DNA of 30,484 nucleotides, from the IMG/VR virus record IMGVR_UViG_3300037467_001565, positions 1-30,484 of that record, one strand, 5' to 3'. A model generated the notes under the pieces. The model saw nothing but the letters and a program-made list of their open reading frames with translations. It did no database searches and was not told the DNA's origin. Made by a program: the position numbers and the translations under genes. Numbering within the stretch: position 1 is the stretch's first letter; every line of letters begins with the position of its first letter. This DNA is from a virus (Duplodnaviria > Caudoviricetes). Positions 25,439 through 30,484 of this stretch are shown piece after piece.

Positions 25439-25777
25439 ATGACCACCATCGCGGAAGCGCTCGGCATCGACTGGAAGCCCGCGGACGAAGCACCGACCTA
25501 CCAGCTCACCCACCACGCACGGAAGCAGGCTGCCGCCAAGGGCTGGTCCACTGAGGAAATCCTGCGGGCTGCGAACGAGCCGCTTCATACCTACCCCTCG
25601 GGCCGTGTCTACGGACAGATGCGCCACGTGCGAGGGGACATCGTGGCCATCATCGACCTCGGCCGTCGGTGCGTCGTCACCGTCTACCGGGACGTCGAGG
25701 AGACGGACCTCCGGGCTGACCAGGTCGACATGGACGCTCGCATCTACGGGATCAATCACGGCCAGCAGGCCTCCTGA
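25439..25777 (+). CDS. DUF4258-like protein (RelE/BECR-type RNase fold suspected)
   Basis: YQLTHHARKQ...GWSTEEILRAANEP...IVAIID...VVTVY matches the 'T.HA..R...RGI...I' plus C-terminal 'VVTVY' pattern; GGGAGGG RBS. Confidence 0.65.
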   Translation: MTTIAEALGIDWKPADEAPTYQLTHHARKQAAAKGWSTEEILRAANEPLHTYPSGRVYGQMRHVRGDIVAIIDLGRRCVVTVYRDVEETDLRADQVDMDARIYGINHGQQAS

Positions 25778-25779
25778 AA

Positions 25780-25825
25780 GAATCGATACCAAAGAATCGA
25801 CACCGTGCAAGCTATCGTGTAGAGT
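25780..25825 (+). promoter_or_regulatory. Tandem GAATCGAYACC boxes plus -10-like hexamers
   Basis: GAATCGATACC (25780-90) and GAATCGACACC (25794-804), 14-bp period, then TATCGT (25813-18) and TAGAGT (25820-25). Confidence 0.6.
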
Positions 25826-25868
25826 CGCTTGCGCAGCTACTACATCGGAAGAAGGGGAGCACCGCTCC

Positions 25869-26345
25869 ATGGCTACCGTTACCCGACGCACCACCCGACG
25901 GGCCGAGAGGCCGATCAACCTGGACCCGGAAACTCCACTGGAGAAGGTCCGCCAGTTCCTCATCCTGAAGTTCCAGGAGCAGCAGATCGTCACCCGCAAG
26001 AACAAGCTGCGGGACGACGTCAGCGCCCACGTGGACGCGACCGGCGAGGTCGACGAGAAGGGCAGCAAGTTCTGGAAGCTGCCGACCCCGATCGAGGTCA
26101 ACGGCCAGAAGTTCACCGAGATCAAGCGCGAGCGCCGCGTCTCCACCAAGCTCGACGTGGACGCCGTCGATACCTTGGTCAACGAGAAGGGCCTGCGCGA
26201 CCGCGTCTACAAGCAGGTCACCACCGAGGTTCTGGACCAGGACGAGCTGTACGTCCTGAACCAGGAGGGCGTCATCTCCGACGCCGAACTCGACGGCCTG
26301 TGGGTCGAGTCCGCGTCCTTCGCCTTCAAGCCGCTCCAGGGCTGA
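25869..26345 (+). CDS. Hypothetical protein (coiled-coil N-terminus; loosely Gam/Gp157-like)
   Basis: ATG after GGGGAG; strong codon bias; 158 aa. The family assignment is weak. Confidence 0.7.
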   Translation: MATVTRRTTRRAERPINLDPETPLEKVRQFLILKFQEQQIVTRKNKLRDDVSAHVDATGEVDEKGSKFWKLPTPIEVNGQKFTEIKRERRVSTKLDVDAVDTLVNEKGLRDRVYKQVTTEVLDQDELYVLNQEGVISDAELDGLWVESASFAFKPLQG

Positions 26346-26416
26346 CCCATGGGATCCCACGCATACGCACGCCTCGGCTACGACCTCGCCACGCACTACG
26401 GATAGGACACCACCAC

Positions 26417-26878
26417 ATGAGCACCGCGACCGCCCTCGATGAGGAGTTCTCCGCGCTAGGGGAGCAGTACTACCCCGGCTCCACGCGGCCCCTCGTCCGG
26501 CACCCCAACCGCAACACGCTTCATACCGAGCCCGTCCCGTCGGCGGGCGACTGGGACGCCAAGCCCCGCAAGTACGTCGTGGCCGGTACCGAGACCGACT
26601 TCTTCACCGTCGGTCAACTCGCCCAGGCCCTCGGCCGTCAGCCGGGCACGATGCGTAAGTGGGAGCGCGAGGGAGTCATCCCCAAGAGCACCTTCCAGTC
26701 CCCGGGCCGGGACGGAGACGTACGCGGCCGACGTCGTCTCTACACCCGCGCTCAGGTCGAAGGCATGGTCCGCATCGCGGCTGAGGAAGGCGTCCTCGTC
26801 TCCCACCAGAAGCCCATCAAGGAGACGAACTTCACCGCGCGTGTCGTCGACCTCTTCAAGAGGCTGGCCGAGCAGTGA
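26417..26878 (+). CDS. MerR-like helix-turn-helix DNA-binding protein
   Basis: FTVGQLAQALGRQPGTMRKWEREGVIP...RRLYTRAQV; AGGA RBS. Confidence 0.85.
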   Translation: MSTATALDEEFSALGEQYYPGSTRPLVRHPNRNTLHTEPVPSAGDWDAKPRKYVVAGTETDFFTVGQLAQALGRQPGTMRKWEREGVIPKSTFQSPGRDGDVRGRRRLYTRAQVEGMVRIAAEEGVLVSHQKPIKETNFTARVVDLFKRLAEQ

Positions 26879-27114
26879 GGGTCACCAAGTCCCGAGAGTT
26901 CCTGGTGTCCATGGGCAACTACGAGAACGTCACCTTCGCGGCCTCCGTGGAGATCTCCGACGAGGACTTCCCCAAGGCCAAGTCGCTCAAGGAGCTGGAC
27001 AAGATCGCATCCGAATTCCTCGACCAGTCCCTCGCGGACGACATCGAGGAGGCCCGGCTCAACACCGCTGAGCCGAAGAGTTTCATCCACTTGTATCAAC
27101 AGGAGAACACCTGA
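26875..27114 (+). CDS. Hypothetical protein (79 aa)
   Basis: GTGA and TGATG coupling at both ends; typical codon bias. Confidence 0.75.
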   Translation: MRVTKSREFLVSMGNYENVTFAASVEISDEDFPKAKSLKELDKIASEFLDQSLADDIEEARLNTAEPKSFIHLYQQENT

Positions 27115-27923
27115 TGCCCCGCACTCTCACCCGCCGTCGCACCTCCCGCGACACCGACGCCTACTCCCCGGCCGACGAGCCGGAGGACGACGTCCAGCAG
27201 GACGAGGAAGAGGACGAGCGTCCGGCCCGTGGCTCCCGCCGCGGCTCGCGTCGCCAGTCGCTTCATACCCAGGAGGACAAGCCCTCCCGCCGCAGCCGTC
27301 GCGCCCAGGACGAGGACGACGAAGAGGACCGCGAGCCTGCGCCGAAGGTCGGCGGTAAGGGCTGGGGCAGTTACGAGAAGACCAAGCAGGCCACGTCGTC
27401 CTTCCCGGATGACTTCAAGGCCACTGGAGAGTCCGTCATCGTCAAGTTCCTCGACGACGAGCCGTTCCTGGTCTACCTCCAGCACTGGATCGAGCGGTCC
27501 GGCAAGCGCTCCTGGACGTGCCTGGAGAACCGCTGCCCGCTGTGCGACGACCTCGGGGACAAGCCGTCCCAGCAGGTGCTGTTCAACGTCGTGGACTTCA
27601 CCGATCCGGAAGACCCGCAGGTCAAGGTCTGGCGCGCGGGCCCGATGATCGCGGACATCCTCAAGAACTTCGCGAAGGACAAGAAGACGTCGCCGCTCAA
27701 CCGTGACGACCTCTACTTCTCCGTCTCGAAGCAGACGAAGAACAAGAAGACCAACTACTACATCACGCCGGTCAAGGAGCGTGACCTCGAAGACGATTGG
27801 GACGTCGTCCCGCTCTCCGAGGACGAGCTGGAGGAGTTCGACGAGAAGGCCTACGGCGAGGACATCCTCCAGGTGAACACCCGGAACGAACTCAAGACCA
27901 TCGCCCGGGAAGCCCTCGACTGA
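27114..27923 (+). CDS. Single-stranded DNA-binding protein (gp32-like)
   Basis: VIVKFLDDEPF..Y.QHW...C....CPLC...FNV core and acidic C-terminus; immediately upstream of the polymerase; AGGAG RBS. Confidence 0.7.
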   Translation: MPRTLTRRRTSRDTDAYSPADEPEDDVQQDEEEDERPARGSRRGSRRQSLHTQEDKPSRRSRRAQDEDDEEDREPAPKVGGKGWGSYEKTKQATSSFPDDFKATGESVIVKFLDDEPFLVYLQHWIERSGKRSWTCLENRCPLCDDLGDKPSQQVLFNVVDFTDPEDPQVKVWRAGPMIADILKNFAKDKKTSPLNRDDLYFSVSKQTKNKKTNYYITPVKERDLEDDWDVVPLSEDELEEFDEKAYGEDILQVNTRNELKTIAREALD

Positions 27924-27933
27924 TCGTCCCCCA

Positions 27934-27972
27934 AGGGGGGAGGTTCCGGCACCGCGCTGGGGCCTCCCCCCT
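27934..27972 (+). terminator. GC-rich stem-loop between SSB and polymerase
   Basis: AGGGGGGAGG (27934-43) pairs with CCTCCCCCCT (27963-72), with an inner stem containing G-U pairs. Confidence 0.55.
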
Positions 27973-28003
27973 CGGCTTCCCATCCACCACCACGGAGAGA
28001 GTC

Positions 28004-29983
28004 ATGTCTATCCGCGACTCGGTCATCCTGACCCCCGACCGACTTCATACCGAGCTGGAGTACTTCCTCCAGCAGCCCGCGTTCTCGTTCGACATCGAGA
28101 CGATCGGTCCGAACCGCAACGTTCCGACCCAGAACGTCGCCAACTGGCTGAGCATGGCCACCAACGGACGGGCCATCGCCATCCCGTTCGGCCACCCCAA
28201 CGGCGATGTCCTGATCAGTAAGGCCACCCGTAAGAAGAACAAGCTGACCGGGAAATTCGACGCTATCCCGGCCGTTTATGACGCCCCGCCGGAGCAGATG
28301 CTCCCCAGCGAGGTGTTCTCCATCCTGGAGCCGCTGTTCTTCGCCGAGGACAAAATCAAGATTGCGCACAACGCAACATTCGACTTGATTTCCACGGCGA
28401 AATACTGGGGCGCGATAGCGAGCCCCGAATACAGCGACACCATCGTTTTGCAGTGGCTGCTCGATGAGAATATGAAGCAGAAAGGTCTCAAGGAACTCAT
28501 CAAGCGCTACTACAAGGTCGATTACGACCAGGAGAGTGTCGGCAAGTGCGTCGAAGCTCACCCCTTTTCCAAGGTCGCGCACTACGCGTACATGGACGCG
28601 AAGTACACGTGGCTGCTCTGGAAGCGGTTCCAGCGCTACATCCAGCAGCAGGGGCTGACCCATGTCCGGCGCCTGGAGGAGGACGTTCTGGGCGTGTTGC
28701 TCGACATGGGCATCACCGGAGCGCCAGTCGACGAACACGCCATGCGCGAGCTGGTCAAGGACATGAGCGCGCTCCTGGTTGACATCGAGGGCCGGATCTA
28801 CAAGGCGGCCGGGCAGCGCTTCAACCTGAACGCGCCTGCCCAGAAGGCGGCCGTGCTGTACGCGCCGAAGTCGGAGGGAGGTCAAGGACTCAAGCCGCTC
28901 AAGCCGACCGACGGAGGCAAGAAGAAGCGCGACGCTGGCCTGGAGCTGGAGTGGAAGGACTACAGCACCGACTCCGACAGCCTGGATAAGCACCCGAACA
29001 ACGAAGTCGTCAAGGCGATGCTGGAGTACGCGGAAGTCAGCAAGCTGCTGAGCTACCCGGTCGCGTACCTCGGTGACCCGGAGGACAAGGACAAGCCCTG
29101 CCGGATCTTCGACGGCCGGATCCATGCCGACTTCGTCCAGTACGGAACCGTGACCGGCCGGTTCTCCTGCCGCGAACCCAACCTCCAGAACATCCCCCGT
29201 CCCGACACCGACCTCGGTAAGCGGATCCGTGGTCTGTTCGTCGCCCCGCCCGGCTACAAATTGGTCGTCGCGGACTACGGACAGATCGAACTCGTGGTGC
29301 TCGCCCATTTCATCGGACGTGGTGATCTCTACAAGGGATTCCATAACAGTGTCGACCCTCACTCCGCTACGGCTGCCGCCCTTATGGGTGTGGACGCCAA
29401 GGAATTCATGGCGCGGGTCAAGGCGGGTGACCGGAAGTGCATCGACTTTCGCCAGGTCGCAAAGGGCATCAACTTCGCCGTGGTATACGGCGCGGGCCCG
29501 GAAAAGGTTGCATCCATGGCTGGCATTACCGTCAAGGAAGCCAAGAAGTTCATGGAGACCCACCAGAAGCTGTTCCCGGAGATCTACAAATTCAAGGAGG
29601 ACGTGATACGGGTCTGCCGGTCGCGTCGCCCCCCGTACATTCGAACGCTGCTCGGTCGTAAGCGTCGCCTGCCTCTCATCCTCTCGTCGAACAACGGCCT
29701 GCGGATGGGTGCGGAGCGTCAGGCGGTTAACTCCCTCATCCAGGGGAGTGCGGCCGACCTCATCAAGCTGGCGATGATCCGGCTGAACAACAGACTGCCG
29801 GACGAAATCCGCCTGATCCTCTCCGTGCACGACGAGCTGGTGGTGCTCGCTCCGGAGGACCGGGCAGAGGAAGCCGCCGCGCTGGTGAAGGAAGCAATGC
29901 TCGGAGAAGGAATTCAGAAGCTGCTGCGCGTCCCTCTCTCGTCGGACGTGAAGATCGTGGACCGCTGGTCGGAAGCCAAATGA
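28004..29983 (+). CDS. polA: DNA polymerase family A (3'-5' exonuclease plus polymerase; no 5'-3' exonuclease domain)
   Basis: FDIET, AHNATFD, YAYMDA (Exo I-III); TVTGRFS..PNLQNIP, ADYGQIEL (motif A), RQVAKGINFAVVYG (B), VHDEL (C). GGAGAG RBS before ATG 28004. Confidence 0.96.
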   Translation: MSIRDSVILTPDRLHTELEYFLQQPAFSFDIETIGPNRNVPTQNVANWLSMATNGRAIAIPFGHPNGDVLISKATRKKNKLTGKFDAIPAVYDAPPEQMLPSEVFSILEPLFFAEDKIKIAHNATFDLISTAKYWGAIASPEYSDTIVLQWLLDENMKQKGLKELIKRYYKVDYDQESVGKCVEAHPFSKVAHYAYMDAKYTWLLWKRFQRYIQQQGLTHVRRLEEDVLGVLLDMGITGAPVDEHAMRELVKDMSALLVDIEGRIYKAAGQRFNLNAPAQKAAVLYAPKSEGGQGLKPLKPTDGGKKKRDAGLELEWKDYSTDSDSLDKHPNNEVVKAMLEYAEVSKLLSYPVAYLGDPEDKDKPCRIFDGRIHADFVQYGTVTGRFSCREPNLQNIPRPDTDLGKRIRGLFVAPPGYKLVVADYGQIELVVLAHFIGRGDLYKGFHNSVDPHSATAAALMGVDAKEFMARVKAGDRKCIDFRQVAKGINFAVVYGAGPEKVASMAGITVKEAKKFMETHQKLFPEIYKFKEDVIRVCRSRRPPYIRTLLGRKRRLPLILSSNNGLRMGAERQAVNSLIQGSAADLIKLAMIRLNNRLPDEIRLILSVHDELVVLAPEDRAEEAAALVKEAMLGEGIQKLLRVPLSSDVKIVDRWSEAK

Positions 29984-30026
29984 GCAAAGTAATAAAAGAG
30001 GTGATGGATTCCGTAGAGTAAAACCC

Positions 30027-30470
30027 ATGGGAAGAATAGCGACGCCGCCCGAAGACAGATTCTGGGCGCAGGTTGAGAAGTCCGATGGGTGCTGGGTGTG
30101 GACTGGCGCGAAGCACAAGGGCTACGGCCAGTTCACGCTCTACGGATTCAAGAACAAGAAAGGCCAGTGGCGGAACAAAACGGTACGTGCTCACCGGATC
30201 GCGTACGAGTGGCTGGTGGGTCCGATACCCGAAGGCCTGACCATCGACCACGAGTGCAAGAACCACGCTTGCGTGCGTCCGGGACCTAAGCACTGCGTTC
30301 CGAAGACCCGAGGAGAGAACACGCTCCTCGGGGACGGCCCCTCAGCACAGAACAAGCGGAAGACGCACTGCTCCAGGAACCACGAGTTCACCGAAGAGAA
30401 CACCATCCGGAGACCCGGGCGCAGCGGACGTGAGTGCCGCACCTGCGCCAACGAACGCAGGAGGAAGTAA
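30027..30470 (+). CDS. HNH homing endonuclease with a C-terminal Cys/His zinc-binding domain
   Basis: RFWAQV...CWVWTG...GYG.F...RAHRIAYE...IPEGLTIDHEC.NHACVRP...EN; THCSRNHEF...RECRTC. Confidence 0.9.
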   Translation: MGRIATPPEDRFWAQVEKSDGCWVWTGAKHKGYGQFTLYGFKNKKGQWRNKTVRAHRIAYEWLVGPIPEGLTIDHECKNHACVRPGPKHCVPKTRGENTLLGDGPSAQNKRKTHCSRNHEFTEENTIRRPGRSGRECRTCANERRRK

Positions 30471-30484
30471 TGGGAATCTTCAAT

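Larger units (their letters stand above)
2236..28051 (+). repeat. Dispersed, strand-polarised 9-mer CTTCATACC (15 copies found by eye)
   Basis: Starts at 2236, 6123 (CTTCATACT), 8967, 16448, 16685, 17802, 18213, 19536, 20820, 22667, 23046, 25583, 26519, 27261 and 28043. No reverse-complement copy was seen. Confidence 0.92.

Noticed and set aside
2236-28051. CRISPR array, tRNA genes or DGR template/variable repeats as an explanation for the repeats
   Set aside because: The copies are only 9 bp, irregularly spaced and inside genes. No cloverleaf, repeat-spacer periodicity, reverse transcriptase or long near-duplicate segment was seen.
28004-29983. Intein or intron in the polymerase, DnaB or SNF2 helicase
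   Set aside because: Lengths are normal, motifs are contiguous, and no C...HN-C/S/T splice junctions were seen.
27851-30118. 755-aa minus-strand ORF, and other long antisense ORFs (12832-14607, 4806-6257, 20508-21848, 16896-18074)
   Set aside because: Shadow ORFs opposite well-supported genes. They are expected in high-GC3 DNA and show no recognisable motifs.
30470-30484. Start of a next gene (ATG GGA ATC TTC AAT) overlapping the HNH stop
   Set aside because: Only five codons are visible, so it cannot be called.

Overview
This window is a 30.5-kb, high-GC segment of a contractile-tailed (myovirus-type) actinobacteriophage or prophage. A Streptomyces-like host is inferred from codon bias and HrdB-type promoters. 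All credible genes are on the + strand. 74-16136 is a complete tail/baseplate module: sheath, tube, G/GT-type chaperone, tape measure with NlpC/P60 and lytic transglycosylase domains, tube initiator, LysM/gpX, hub, spike fused to FN3 domains, gp25, baseplate J and carbohydrate-binding tail proteins. Two small membrane (holin-like) genes and a terminator follow. 16911-30484 is a replication/early module: an acidic AT-hook-like protein, an HTH replication initiator with a probable internal origin, DnaC-like loader, DnaB, primase, SNF2 helicase, a DUF4258/RelE-like protein, a MerR-like HTH, SSB, family A DNA polymerase and HNH nucleases. The main unexplained signal is a 9-mer, CTTCATACC, found by eye 15 times (14 exact, one CTTCATACT). 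It is always on the coding strand, occurs at most once per gene and is always read in frame as CTT-CAT-ACC (Leu-His-Thr), using codons that are otherwise uncommon here. Other notable signals are a perfect 23-bp hairpin enclosing the RBS and ATG of the gp25 gene, a GAAYCGAYACC promoter/operator repeat, and a probable +1 (or -2) chaperone frameshift. Product calls come from motif recognition only; no database searches were run.
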